From: Planctomycetota bacterium
GTDB taxonomy: Bacteria > Planctomycetota > GCA-002687715 > DRQF01
Assembly (NCBI GenBank): GCA_036479435.1
Contig: JAZGFI010000103.1
Span: forward strand, 160,673 to 224,672
Reading direction: 5' to 3'
DNA length: 64,000 bases
Under the pieces are notes generated by a model. The model had not been told where the DNA came from, made no database searches, and saw nothing but the letters and a program-made list of their open reading frames with translations. The position numbers and the translations under genes are program-made. This document shows positions 39,553 to 51,970 of this stretch, piece after piece. Position 1 is the first letter of the stretch; each line of letters begins with the position of its first letter.

Positions 39553-40641
39553 ATGTCAAAGACCCTCGGTATCTTATGTGCCCTCTTCAGTGCTGTGACC
39601 TTGGCCTTCGTGCTAGCCATCTACAACAAAATTCGACTTGAAACCACGACTGCGCCAGCTATTGAGAACGGCAAGAATGAAGTTCCGAGCGCGGACCTCG
39701 AAAGGCTCGTGGAGATCGACCAGGAAGTCTCCGATGTGAAACACGCCGTCTCGCAGCTCGAACAGATCGAAGCCGGTACAGAACGCGATAGGAAACTCGA
39801 GAAACTCGAAGAGCTGCTCGACGAGTTGGCTTCACAGATCTACCAAGTTCATCAAGACAACCAGCGCAACCTTGAGCAAGTACAAAGCAACCTGATTCGG
39901 CGCATCAACATGCTGAAGCTCGAAGCCAAAAAAGAGCTGCCGCAAGATCCGATGGAACTAAAGCGCGCTCTGATGAAAGACGGCGTCGACATCAACCTCA
40001 GCTCGCGATGGGTCCGGGTCAAGGGTCGCTTCATCGGTCCGGACCATCCGCTTGAGCTCGTAGCTATTGTCGAGGGTGGCAAATCGCATGAAGCCATGAT
40101 TCAACTCGATTGCCGGCCGAGCGCCGTGCGAGCGGGCTTGACGGCCCTTGGGCTCAAGCCGGGTCGCGGCGCCGATTGGCGAACGGGCGCACCACCCTCT
40201 GGAGCCCCCTTATTCATCTACGTGACCTGGGAGGGCCTAAAGCGACCCTGGCGTCTGGAAGATCTGCTGTGGGATGCCAAAGAAGACGCCGCAATGACCA
40301 ATCCCAACTGGGTGTTTTCTGGTTCGCGCTATGACAGCGATCTTCGCACTGGGGACGAGTACTTTCTCGCCGACGTGAATCGCTGCGTCATCGGCATCGT
40401 CCATAAGTTCAGCAACGTCGCCGTGATTACTTCCGCCCACAAGAACGCGGGAGATGAGCGCGCTTGGTTTCCGAACGCCAGCACGATGCCCAAACCCAAG
40501 GGTACCCGTGACGAAAGAAACGAAGTCCAAAAAGACAGCGAGGATGAACCGCCCCGCCGGGTGATCGCGAAAGGGGATCCCGAACTCGAGATCACCATCA
40601 CGATCTCCGCTATCAAACAACCGGCTATGGAATGGCGATGA
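39553..40641 (+). CDS. Membrane-anchored coiled-coil + YdjY-like domain protein
   Basis: LELVA...KSHEA...LTALGLKPG...YVTW...WVFSGS. Confidence 0.65.
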   Translation: MSKTLGILCALFSAVTLAFVLAIYNKIRLETTTAPAIENGKNEVPSADLERLVEIDQEVSDVKHAVSQLEQIEAGTERDRKLEKLEELLDELASQIYQVHQDNQRNLEQVQSNLIRRINMLKLEAKKELPQDPMELKRALMKDGVDINLSSRWVRVKGRFIGPDHPLELVAIVEGGKSHEAMIQLDCRPSAVRAGLTALGLKPGRGADWRTGAPPSGAPLFIYVTWEGLKRPWRLEDLLWDAKEDAAMTNPNWVFSGSRYDSDLRTGDEYFLADVNRCVIGIVHKFSNVAVITSAHKNAGDERAWFPNASTMPKPKGTRDERNEVQKDSEDEPPRRVIAKGDPELEITITISAIKQPAMEWR

Positions 40642-41882
40642 GCTTGGAATCGACAGCTCGAAATAAGACTCGAGCCCTGGCGCGAAAAGAATCACGACGG
40701 CTCTTTTGGGATCGGTTTCTGCGCCTTGGGGTCGCGCTTTCCGTCATCGCGGCCGGCCTCGCGTTCTTTCCCTTGCTCACGGCAAAGTGGCGCATCATGG
40801 AGCCTTGGATCCCGGGGTGGGCATTGCCCTACTCGCTGTTTTGCGCCTGGGCCCTCGCGATTGCCCTCAGTTGGATCTACCGCCCCTCGCTGGTCGACGG
40901 GGCGCGCGTCTTGGATCGCAGCTGGGGCACCGCAGAATTGGCACTAAGCGCCGTCAGCCTGAACGTGGACCGAAAGGACCGGGGCAACCGTAATCTACTT
41001 GCTGCCTTCGACGCTCAACTTGAGCGCCAGCTTTGCAAACCGCAACAACGCCACCGCTCCCTTGGCCCCCGAGGCGCGATCTTGAGCGCGGCCTTGATGC
41101 TGATCACCGTCGATCTCGTCTTGGCTTTAACGCCGCACAAGCAAAGGGCTCCCGACCCCGCGATCGCCAACATCCGCAGCCTCCTCCGCGCTGGGCCCTT
41201 AGACGCTCCACATGACGCTGAGACTCAGAAACTACGAGAGGATTTGGCGGCCGCGACCAACGACCGTGAGCTTTCGTCGCGTGCCGCTATTGCCTGGCAA
41301 CGCCTCGAAAAAAAGCGCTTGGACGCACGAGCATCATCCCCCGCAGCTCGTTTGGATCGCCTTCTCAAAGCCCTGCAACAGGGAAAACTAAGAGAAGCCT
41401 CTAAAGCCGCCACTGACATTCAGGAATTCAAAGACGGGTTGGACCAAGAGACCGTGCAACAACTGGCCGCGGCCATCAAAAAACTCGGAGCTAAGCCCGA
41501 GTTAACATCTGAAAGCGAAGCCTTACGACAGATCGCAGAGCGACTTCTCAAGAATGCGGGCGGCGGCGGTGCGGCGGCCGGTTTGGCAAAAAGCTTGGAG
41601 ACCCTGTCCGATCAACTCCGCCTCCCCGACGCAGACGAGAAAGATCGCGCTCACCGCGATCTTCTCCTTCGTGTCTTTGCCGCCCTTGGCAACTCCGCCC
41701 CCAAGCGCAGTGACGGCGCGGCGACCGGCGTGCATGAAGTGGAGTCTCCGCCCTACCGTCCCCTTGGCGAACAGGAGCTTCTCCCCTTCTCCCCCGAAGA
41801 TCGGGCCTTGATTCGCACTTTTCGCGCGCTCCGCGCGGCCCGCCTTCGCGCGATTCCGCCACGAGATCCGAAATCGAAATGA
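40632..41882 (+). CDS. Hypothetical membrane protein with helical C-terminal region
   Basis: Three TM segments, ARVLD motif, overlaps both neighbours. Confidence 0.55.
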   Translation: MAMSLESTARNKTRALARKESRRLFWDRFLRLGVALSVIAAGLAFFPLLTAKWRIMEPWIPGWALPYSLFCAWALAIALSWIYRPSLVDGARVLDRSWGTAELALSAVSLNVDRKDRGNRNLLAAFDAQLERQLCKPQQRHRSLGPRGAILSAALMLITVDLVLALTPHKQRAPDPAIANIRSLLRAGPLDAPHDAETQKLREDLAAATNDRELSSRAAIAWQRLEKKRLDARASSPAARLDRLLKALQQGKLREASKAATDIQEFKDGLDQETVQQLAAAIKKLGAKPELTSESEALRQIAERLLKNAGGGGAAAGLAKSLETLSDQLRLPDADEKDRAHRDLLLRVFAALGNSAPKRSDGAATGVHEVESPPYRPLGEQELLPFSPEDRALIRTFRALRAARLRAIPPRDPKSK

Positions 41883-43594
41883 GCCAGTCGCCGCAAGCGT
41901 CCACTGCATGGCCGGGCATGGGTCTGCTGATAGCTTGGGCCGCTTGCATGGCCGGGTTGATCCACGCCCTATCCCTAGCTCCCGCGACGAGCTCCTGGAT
42001 CATCTGGATGGCGGCGACGACCTTGATCGGAGCAGCCCTTTCCTATCTCGTTTGGAGACGCCCCCCGTCGAAATCACTTTGGGTGGCTTGTTTTGGAATC
42101 GGCATGCTTGCCCGCGTGCTCGTTCCGATCTTTGGCCAAGCTGACGCCCTCTCCGATGACCTTTTTCGCTACCTGTTCGAAGGCCATGTCGTTGTTGAGT
42201 CACGATCGCCCTTCAAGACGGCTCCCGACTCGCCTCTACTCGATGAACTCAGTGATCAACAGGGACTAGCCCAAGTTCGCGATCACATCAATCACCCGCA
42301 AATCGCCACGGTCTACCCGCCCTTAGCTCAGGTTCTTTTCGGCGTCGCAGCGCTTATTGATCGAGGACTCGGCGGCCATACCAAAGCCTGGCAGTTCTGT
42401 GCGCTCGCCTTTGAACTCGCCATTCTGGCGGCGCTTTGGGTCGGGTTGCAGGCGGCGACACCAGGCCGAGGTCGAGCCTGGTTTTTGGCTTACTTGCTGT
42501 CGCCACTGCCGATCGTTGAGTTTTTACTGTCGGCCCACGTCGACGTCGCGGCCGTCGCGTTTTTGCTTTGGGCCATTCTCGCCCAAAAATCTCAACGCTT
42601 TCATTGGATGTGGATCGCGATCTGCGCCTCTATATTCGTCAAAGTGCTCGCAATCTTCGTGTTGCCATTTTTCATCTGCAGAAACAGTCTCAAACCGGCT
42701 CTTGTGGTTTTTGCCGCCGCCGGGATCATTGCCACGGCTTTTGCCTACGCCTGGTTGCGGCCTTATGCGGGAGAAATCAAATTGCCGACGGCCGCTGAGG
42801 TCTCTATCCAGGATTCTCCTCAGTGGGATGACCTTCTTGGCCGCTACTACGTCATCAACCGACCCGAAGACGGCGCCCAGTTGCCATCGCCGTTGAACTT
42901 CGATGGCCGGGGTCAGCTCTTTCAGGACACTGGCTTTCAGCTCTGGTCCCAACGAGAGCTTGGTTACTACGAGATGAGTAGTGATGGTGAGTTCGTTCTT
43001 AGCCTGCACGCTGATCCGGAACGAAAAACTCGAGTGAGATTATCGCGCAACCGCCAATACTTGCTGCAAGTCGAAGCCTCCATCACCGGGTCAAACGACT
43101 TGCCCGAAGAAACTAGGCTTATTGCCTACAAACGAGACGAAAGCCCCTTCATGGGAGTCCGCCAGTACTCCGGCCGTTGGTCGGCCAACGCCCCGTTTTT
43201 TCGTCAAATGTCACGCGACGAGAATGTCATTCGGGCGCGAGAGAAACGGGAATCGTTGCAAAGCTGGATCGCGATCTTGGTCTTTTTGTTGGCAGTGTTT
43301 TTGGCCTGGCGTGGCGTGGAGACCCTGGCGGGCATCACCACGGTGTTGGCAGTCTTGATGTTGGCCGCGCCCGTCATCTACCCTTGGTATCTGGCCTGGC
43401 TGCTGCCCTTGGCCTTGATGAAACGCCGGCCCGCACTGTTAGTCATGTTGGCATTGTGCCCGCTCTTATACCTGAACAGCTCAGATCTGAACGCCGGCCC
43501 ACAACCCATCGAAATCATCGTATTTGGGATTCCGCTAACCCTCGCCATCTTGGGCATGGCCTTTAGGCTGTGGCAACAGCGGTCGTATAGATGA
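41879..43594 (+). CDS. GT-C fold membrane glycosyltransferase (GT87/MptB-like)
   Basis: LSDDLFRYLFEG, TVYPPLAQ, SAHVD, VIYPWY; many TM helices. Confidence 0.75.
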   Translation: MSQSPQASTAWPGMGLLIAWAACMAGLIHALSLAPATSSWIIWMAATTLIGAALSYLVWRRPPSKSLWVACFGIGMLARVLVPIFGQADALSDDLFRYLFEGHVVVESRSPFKTAPDSPLLDELSDQQGLAQVRDHINHPQIATVYPPLAQVLFGVAALIDRGLGGHTKAWQFCALAFELAILAALWVGLQAATPGRGRAWFLAYLLSPLPIVEFLLSAHVDVAAVAFLLWAILAQKSQRFHWMWIAICASIFVKVLAIFVLPFFICRNSLKPALVVFAAAGIIATAFAYAWLRPYAGEIKLPTAAEVSIQDSPQWDDLLGRYYVINRPEDGAQLPSPLNFDGRGQLFQDTGFQLWSQRELGYYEMSSDGEFVLSLHADPERKTRVRLSRNRQYLLQVEASITGSNDLPEETRLIAYKRDESPFMGVRQYSGRWSANAPFFRQMSRDENVIRAREKRESLQSWIAILVFLLAVFLAWRGVETLAGITTVLAVLMLAAPVIYPWYLAWLLPLALMKRRPALLVMLALCPLLYLNSSDLNAGPQPIEIIVFGIPLTLAILGMAFRLWQQRSYR

Positions 43595-44670
43595 GCTACC
43601 GGCTCAACGACTACGACTTTGAGTTACCCCCTGAACTCATTGCGCAAGAGCCGCCCGAGCAGCGCCGCGACGCACGGCTCTTGGTGTATCACCGCGCCCA
43701 AGACCGCATCGAGCACCGGCGCTTCCCCGACCTGCTTGACTATCTAGAAGCGCCCGACCACTTCGTGCTCAACACGACGAAGGTCATTCCCGCGCGGGCG
43801 TTCGGAGTACGCGAGGAGACTCAAGGCCGCGCTGAGTTCCTCTTCGTTGCGCCTCTTAAGCAAGGCGAATGGAAGGTCCTTTTGAGGACCGGCGGCCGCG
43901 CCCAAATCGGACAAAGCTACCGCCTCAAAAACGACGATCCCAGCCAGGATGAAAGTCCAAAGATCGTCCTGATGGAAAAACTCTCGGGGGCCGCCTGGCG
44001 CGCCCAGGTCGAGCTGCCGACATCGGAGAATCGATTGGATCATTGGCTCCAGCTATACGGACAGATGCCGCTGCCGCCCTACATCGGGCGCCAAACGCAC
44101 GACCCTCGGGCGAAGGCAGATCGCGAGCGCTATCAAACCATCTACGCTGAAGAAGCTGGCGCGGCGGCCGCACCGACGGCGGGTTTACACTTCGACCAGG
44201 GCTTGATGGACGAGGCAAAAAAACGGGGACTCATGTTTGCGGAGGTCTTGCTACACGTTGGACTCGGGACTTTTTCTCCCATCACCGTCGGGGACATCCG
44301 CGACCACGCCATGCACCAGGAGTACTTTGCGCTCAAGCCCGATGCCGCCGACAGTATCCAAGAGGCGCGGCGCGCGGGTGGTCGCACCGTTGCCATTGGA
44401 ACCACATCGGTTCGAACGCTAGAAAGCGCCTTTGATGAAACCAGCGGCCAGGTCGCAGCCGCCAGCGGCGACACCGGCATTTTCATCTACCCGCCGCAGA
44501 AGCTGAGAGCCGTTGATGCCCTCGTTACCAACTTTCATCTCCCCAAAAGCAGCCTGTTGATGTTGGTTTCAGCCTTCGCAAGCCGCGAGGCCATCTTGCG
44601 CATCTACGCCGAGGCCGTCCGCGAACGCTACCGCTTTTTCTCTTATGGCGATGCGATGCTGATTCTTTAA
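43591..44670 (+). CDS. queA: SAM:tRNA ribosyltransferase-isomerase
   Basis: FELPPELIAQ, PLPPYI, AAPTAGLHF, LHVGLGTF, TNFHLPKS, YRFFSYGDAM. Confidence 0.97.
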   Translation: MSYRLNDYDFELPPELIAQEPPEQRRDARLLVYHRAQDRIEHRRFPDLLDYLEAPDHFVLNTTKVIPARAFGVREETQGRAEFLFVAPLKQGEWKVLLRTGGRAQIGQSYRLKNDDPSQDESPKIVLMEKLSGAAWRAQVELPTSENRLDHWLQLYGQMPLPPYIGRQTHDPRAKADRERYQTIYAEEAGAAAAPTAGLHFDQGLMDEAKKRGLMFAEVLLHVGLGTFSPITVGDIRDHAMHQEYFALKPDAADSIQEARRAGGRTVAIGTTSVRTLESAFDETSGQVAAASGDTGIFIYPPQKLRAVDALVTNFHLPKSSLLMLVSAFASREAILRIYAEAVRERYRFFSYGDAMLIL

Positions 44671-44676
44671 GCCTGA

Positions 44677-46752
<2,076 letters not shown>

Positions 46753-46800
46753 AAAAGAGCGGCCCGGCCCAAAATGATGTGTGTCCAAGGGCCGGACCGC
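46753..46800 (-). terminator. Intrinsic terminator on the minus strand, convergent with ligA
   Basis: gcggtccggccc...gggccgggccgc followed by TCTTTTT on the minus strand. Confidence 0.6.
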
Positions 46801-46968
46801 AAAGTGAACGAATTCAGAATTTTCAACTTAGGCGTGGCCTATAGTCGATTCCTCAGGGTGGGGGCCCTGAAGGGTTTCCTTCATCCCTCCGTTCATGTGT
46901 TTGATCTGCTGTGTCTTCGGCATTTCACTCACCAACCCTCACCCCGGGGTAAAAATCCCGGGAAATGA

Positions 46969-48075
46969 TCAGGGCTTGGTGCCGTTGACGATCAGGTCAA
47001 CCACCTTCGGATCGGAGCCGTAAAAGTTATGGGCTCTTTCAGGCGACGCTACCGCACCAAAAAAGGGAATCCAGTAGCCGGTTTTGACAACGTGGTGACT
47101 CACGTTGACGAAGCGCCCCGGGAAAGCCTCCTTCATCCAAGGTGGGATGTCATAGCTGAGGATGTCGTTGGGATCAGAAAAGGCGACAATGGGAACGCGG
47201 GGTTTTCCGGGCACCGAGTCTTCGGCTCTTCGCAGCAACTTGTCAAAGGCCGTAACTTGCGGGGACAAGACCACCGAGATCTCATCCGCATCCCGCGCCT
47301 GCCCCTTTTCGTAGCTGAACTGCAAAAGCTCCAGCAAGGCGAATTGGTTGGCGAGCATGAAGTAGCCAGAAAACCCCTCGGCGATCTGCTCGGCGACATC
47401 GCGATGGCGTGGGGCAGCTGACTCGGCCATCGCGGCAACCGTGTCGAGCAACATGCGACTGCCGAGGCTAAAGGTCACGAATGCGAAGCGTCTCTGAAAC
47501 GCGAGCGCCCCGCTGGTGTTGCCTCCGCCGTCTTCGATCATCATCTCCAAAGTTTGCCGCAAACCACTTCGAATCGCTTTGCCGTGGGGGCCCAAATACA
47601 GCACCACGTCCGCGAAGTTTTTGTTGACGATACGACGTTTGAGTTCGCCGTTGACTTCAAGCCGACCCGGTCCCCCCTCGCGGTCGTAGTCTAAATACCG
47701 TTGTTTGACCGGAGTCGTGACCCCGGTCCAAAAGTACACCCAGGCGTTGAGCTCTTTGTCGCCAGCTTGGTTGCGAAAACAGTAGCGTTTGAGACGCCCA
47801 AAGTATCTTTTGCCGTCCGAAAAGTCCTGGTGTTCGACCTCGCCTACTTGCTTAAGATCCGCCGCTTTACAGATGCCATCCAAAAGGGCTTTGGGGTCCG
47901 GCGGGTGATAGCCACCCATGCCATGGACCAAGACTAAATCTAAGCGGCAGCCGCTGGGAACCGCGCTCGCGAGGCCCTCAAACTCACCGTCTGACGACGT
48001 GCCTTCCAGGCAAACACAGCCCACTAAGGCGCCACATAGGGCGATCATCGCTAGTAGCCGTCGAATCGTGATCAT
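46969..48075 (-). CDS. Lipoprotein with alpha/beta-hydrolase-like motifs
   Basis: Lipobox LVGC; VLVHGMG, TFSLGS, SDPNDILS, AHNFY. Confidence 0.6.
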   Translation of the reverse strand: MITIRRLLAMIALCGALVGCVCLEGTSSDGEFEGLASAVPSGCRLDLVLVHGMGGYHPPDPKALLDGICKAADLKQVGEVEHQDFSDGKRYFGRLKRYCFRNQAGDKELNAWVYFWTGVTTPVKQRYLDYDREGGPGRLEVNGELKRRIVNKNFADVVLYLGPHGKAIRSGLRQTLEMMIEDGGGNTSGALAFQRRFAFVTFSLGSRMLLDTVAAMAESAAPRHRDVAEQIAEGFSGYFMLANQFALLELLQFSYEKGQARDADEISVVLSPQVTAFDKLLRRAEDSVPGKPRVPIVAFSDPNDILSYDIPPWMKEAFPGRFVNVSHHVVKTGYWIPFFGAVASPERAHNFYGSDPKVVDLIVNGTKP

Positions 48076-48198
48076 GCGGACTCTCCCCTTTTCCGGCCGC
48101 ATCATGCCAAATCACAAATTTCCGAACAGCCGCCCCCCTCAGAAGCTAAAAAGGAGAACTCAGCGGGTCCACAAGATCGAAAGAACCTTCCTTTGAAC

Positions 48199-48993
48199 AT
48201 GGATGCGAAAACCTGGCGCGCCATCCGGCTCGCCGTCGAAGCCGAGGCGGCTTTTGGGATCGATGTGTTGCCGAAAGGCCCTAAGATCCCCGTCCCCGTC
48301 GACAGCTCCACGGCTTCATCTTCGCTCGCGCCACTGAATGATCCGCCGATTTCGCCCGCCAAAGTCGAGCCAAGGGCACAAGTAGCCCCCGCCGCCGACA
48401 CCCTCCTCCGCGACGCCAGCTCGACCGGCAAGTCACTCGAAGACATTGCCGCGGCCGTCGCCACTTGCGAAGCCTGTTCACTGTGCGAGACGCGGACCAA
48501 AACGGTGCCGGGCCAAGGCCACGCCAAAGCTCGCCTCATGTTCGTGGGCGAAGCACCGGGCTACAACGAAGACCAAGAGGGACTCGCCTTCGTAGGCCCT
48601 GCCGGGCAACTCCTCACTAAAATGATCAAAGCGATGGGCCTCAGCCGCGATGAAGTGTTCATCGCCAACATCCTAAAATGCCGCCCACCCGAAAACCGTG
48701 TTCCCCGCCCCGAAGAAGCCCAAGCCTGCTTCCACTTTTTGCTCGATCAAATCGACGCCGTGAATCCCGAAGTCATCTGTGCTCTCGGCGGCCAAGCCGC
48801 CAACAACCTGCTCAAGCGATCCGATCCCATGTACCAATTGCGCGGCAAGATCTTCGATTTCGAGGGCCGCCAACTCGTCCCGACTTATCACCCCAGCTAC
48901 CTGCTGCGCAGCCCTCACGAAAAAGCCAAGGCCTGGTCCGACCTTCAGGTCGTCATGAAGCTCTTGGCGCTCCCCACTCCCAAGGCTTCCTGA
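48199..48993 (+). CDS. Family 4 uracil-DNA glycosylase
   Basis: CEACSL, VGEAPG, NILKCRPP, TYHPSYLLR. Confidence 0.93.
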   Translation: MDAKTWRAIRLAVEAEAAFGIDVLPKGPKIPVPVDSSTASSSLAPLNDPPISPAKVEPRAQVAPAADTLLRDASSTGKSLEDIAAAVATCEACSLCETRTKTVPGQGHAKARLMFVGEAPGYNEDQEGLAFVGPAGQLLTKMIKAMGLSRDEVFIANILKCRPPENRVPRPEEAQACFHFLLDQIDAVNPEVICALGGQAANNLLKRSDPMYQLRGKIFDFEGRQLVPTYHPSYLLRSPHEKAKAWSDLQVVMKLLALPTPKAS

Positions 48994-49111
48994 ATCAAGG
49001 CAAATCAATCCCAATTCAGCAACTGTCCGGACAAGTGTTCCCTTTTCAGTCCAGTGAGTGCACCTTCACCAACGTTAGACCGAGCGCCATCCGTGAATTG
49101 GCTGCAAAACA

Positions 49112-49402
49112 TCAACGTCGCTGCTGCCATCGCCTGGGATCTCGTCGCCCGTGGAAGCAGGCTACAAATACGACGATGTCACCTACTATCCGATAGAAAA
49201 CGGAATAGGGGAATCGCCGCAGATTCGCTCGACGTGCATCACGATAGACGACAGGATACCTGCGAGGCGATTCGGCGATGGCCTGAAGGAGCGCTGAAAC
49301 TGCAATCAAGAACTCTCGCCCCAATCCGGTTCTCTGCGCTTCGTACCAAGAGTGAGCCTCTTCGATATCCGCCGCGGCTGCAGGGCGGACAAGTAGCTTC
49401 AA
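49112..49402 (-). CDS. RelE/ParE-family toxin
   Basis: AAADIEEAHSWYE...GLGREF...RRFPY...ACFHGRRDP. Confidence 0.88.
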   Translation of the reverse strand: MKLLVRPAAAADIEEAHSWYEAQRTGLGREFLIAVSALLQAIAESPRRYPVVYRDARRANLRRFPYSVFYRIVGDIVVFVACFHGRRDPRRWQQRR

Positions 49403-49611
49403 TTGGCTCCGCCCTTAATTTTTCGCAAGACATCATCCCATGGAATTCCCAGATCGCGATCTTGTTCCAAGTCGTCAAGACGAAGGTTCAACTCCGTTTG
49501 CTGAGCTTCTGTGAGCGGAATATCCCTTGGGGTAAGACTGTTCCAGATCTCTTCTAGGAGCGCCAAGCGCTCTTCGGGGGTCAGCTTGTTGATGTCTAGG
49601 TTCGCACTCAT
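49399..49611 (-). CDS. Addiction-module antitoxin
   Basis: LTPEERLALLEEIWNSL...ELNLRL...IPWDDV; 4-nt overlap with the toxin. Confidence 0.88.
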   Translation of the reverse strand: MSANLDINKLTPEERLALLEEIWNSLTPRDIPLTEAQQTELNLRLDDLEQDRDLGIPWDDVLRKIKGGAN

Positions 49612-49890
49612 AAGGAAATTGTCTCACCTTCGGCCGCAGGATGCAATCTTTGAGTCGAACATGATGCCAGTGGGTGATGCAGTTTTCCTCAAATGCCAAG
49701 CGCCTCGTTAATCAGCAACCGCCACCCGGCCACAATCAGGATCAAAAAGGCAAACCCGACCGGTAAAGCGGTGGGCAGCAGCGCTGGATTCAAATCGAAA
49801 AAAGTCACAAGATCTTCATCCGTGTCAGTTTTTTCTACCCTCAGCCCTTCACAACAAACTTGCTGGTGGCGCTTCGATCATCCAACCCCT

Positions 49891-50370
49891 TTAATCGGCA
49901 CTGTACTCTCGATGCAACTTCATCATTCGCTTCAGCAACCTAGGGTGATACTTCAAGCAGTCCTCTTGGTTGATCAAGAGCACCGTCATGACCAGCCGTT
50001 TAGGATCGAAGACAAAGGTCACGGCAGCTCGCTGACCACGGCCGCCTCCAGAGGGGTGCCGCAACTCAAGGGCATGCTCCGTCTCGCGATGCACAAGGTA
50101 GCCCTTGAAAATCCCCTTCATGTACTTGAATGCGGAATCGTGGGTCGTGCCGTCGGGGCATCGATACGAAAAGATGTAAGAAGGGGTGTCGGTGTTTTCA
50201 TATTGAGCACGAAACCCTGTCGCATCCGGGAGCGTAGCGTGACTAAAGCCAACGGTCTTCGGCCACCTATTATCGGCTCCCGGCCAAGGGCCGTCACAGG
50301 CGCTGGATACAAGGGCGAAGAGGAACGCCAGCGCGATCGCAGCGAGTCGCGACCTCGATAAAATCATCAT
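49891..50370 (-). CDS. Hypothetical lipoprotein
   Basis: Signal peptide ending SSAC; GGAG RBS. Confidence 0.6.
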   Translation of the reverse strand: MMILSRSRLAAIALAFLFALVSSACDGPWPGADNRWPKTVGFSHATLPDATGFRAQYENTDTPSYIFSYRCPDGTTHDSAFKYMKGIFKGYLVHRETEHALELRHPSGGGRGQRAAVTFVFDPKRLVMTVLLINQEDCLKYHPRLLKRMMKLHREYSAD

Positions 50371-50509
50371 GCTTCATCTCCATCTCACGGGCACTCAAAC
50401 GCCCGCTGTTCTGAATGGTCTACACACCCATGACGGAGCCAAGACCAAGGCTATACTTGGGGTGGAGCGGCGGCTCATCGAAAAAGCGTCCAGTCCGCTC
50501 TGTTTTTGG

Positions 50510-51787
50510 TCAAAACCTGACCTCCACCTTGGCGATCACGGGATCAATGCGGTCTCCCAAGCGACGCGCCTCCGTCAACAGTACGCGGGGGTCAATCTCG
50601 AGGGCGCGTTTGCGGAACTTGGTGGAGCGCGTTTGGATCGAAATGGGCCTGCCGGGTGCCACCATCGAAGCGCGCAAGAACACCGGGGCTTTTTGGACGG
50701 CTTTGGCTTTCAGCGTGATCCTCACCGGGGCTTTTCCGCCGCCGTTGTGAAGCCAATCCAATCGCGCGACGTACTTGTTCATCTTTTTGATGGTGACGCG
50801 TCGCTTTTGGTCTCTTGAGAGCGACATCGACACCGGGATGCGCCTTGGTGCCTGCACTTTGCGGGAGTCGACGGCGTCGATGCGCAGCCAGCGATTCTCT
50901 ACGCGCGGCATGTCGGCCAGTAAACGTCCCTTGCGCGGCCAAGGTGCTCGATGTTTTGAGTTGCTGATCAGCGCTGCCGCCAGCTCGCGCCCCGCAAGAT
51001 CGCTGCGGTGCCCTTTGTCGGGATCAATGATGACCTGGTAGTCGATGGCGTGTCTCTTCTTGATGCGGTCGACTTCCTTGAGATTCCAGATCAGCTCGCG
51101 ATCATCCCGCCCGCCACACAGGGACAAGATTCGGGTGCCGGCAAGGTTGGGCATCAAGCGAAAGTGAACGCGGCGCGGGCCTCCACCCAAAGGCAGAATT
51201 CCGCGAAGTGTATCGGGTCGATGCAACGCGGTGTCGTAACTGGCGTGGGCGGCCCAGGAGAATCCTGTAAACCACAATTGTTCGAGGTCTCCGTTGGCAC
51301 GCCAGGCCGCCATGCGCAAGACTCTTAGGTAGGCATCGCGTCCGAGGTCCGTGAACTCCGAAGGCGGCGGCTCGAACTTTGCGATGGCAACTTTGATAAC
51401 GGGGATCGCGGGGACGAGGAGCCAACGCTTGCCATCGGAGGCGGGATCAAAGACGACGGGGAGAGCCTTCGCCTGAAAGTCATGGCCCTTGGGAACAGAA
51501 ATCCCTACGAGCAGGGTTGAGCCCTGGTGCGAAATCGAGAACTCCATGGTGGACGGAAGCTCGGTGGGCCTCTTTTTGACGAGCGCCAGCAACTTCGCCG
51601 GGTCCGGCGCCGAACTCAGGATCTTATTTAGGCAGGCGTCGGCAGCCGCATCCGAGGAAGCGGCGAAGTACTCCTCAACCATGCCCGCAAGAGCAACGTG
51701 TTTAACGTTTTCATTCTGTGCGCTGATTCCGGCAGATGCGAACAACAAAAACCAGGCGCCAGCCAACATCACCCACTGCAATCGCAT
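50510..51787 (-). CDS. Exported alpha/beta-hydrolase (esterase-like)
   Basis: Signal peptide; TGFSWAA nucleophile elbow, GGRDD, KGH. Confidence 0.6.
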   Translation of the reverse strand: MRLQWVMLAGAWFLLFASAGISAQNENVKHVALAGMVEEYFAASSDAAADACLNKILSSAPDPAKLLALVKKRPTELPSTMEFSISHQGSTLLVGISVPKGHDFQAKALPVVFDPASDGKRWLLVPAIPVIKVAIAKFEPPPSEFTDLGRDAYLRVLRMAAWRANGDLEQLWFTGFSWAAHASYDTALHRPDTLRGILPLGGGPRRVHFRLMPNLAGTRILSLCGGRDDRELIWNLKEVDRIKKRHAIDYQVIIDPDKGHRSDLAGRELAAALISNSKHRAPWPRKGRLLADMPRVENRWLRIDAVDSRKVQAPRRIPVSMSLSRDQKRRVTIKKMNKYVARLDWLHNGGGKAPVRITLKAKAVQKAPVFLRASMVAPGRPISIQTRSTKFRKRALEIDPRVLLTEARRLGDRIDPVIAKVEVRF

Positions 51788-51970
51788 ACCAACCCCCTGG
51801 ACCCAAGACGGGTCCGTCGGCTCCAAACGCCAAGGCGTCATTGGAAGGCATCAGCGGTCAACTTGCAAGATCTGAATTGCCGCAGGTGGGCCCCCACGTC
51901 GCCACGGTCTATATTTCGATAGTTCTGGAATTACCGTTGCTCCAGCGACCGATTGTCCTATCATCCCCCC

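Noticed and set aside
49074..49715. Integron cassette around the TA pair (GTTAGAC at 49074, GTCGAAC near 49654)
   Set aside because: No convincing attC palindrome and no integron integrase in the window.
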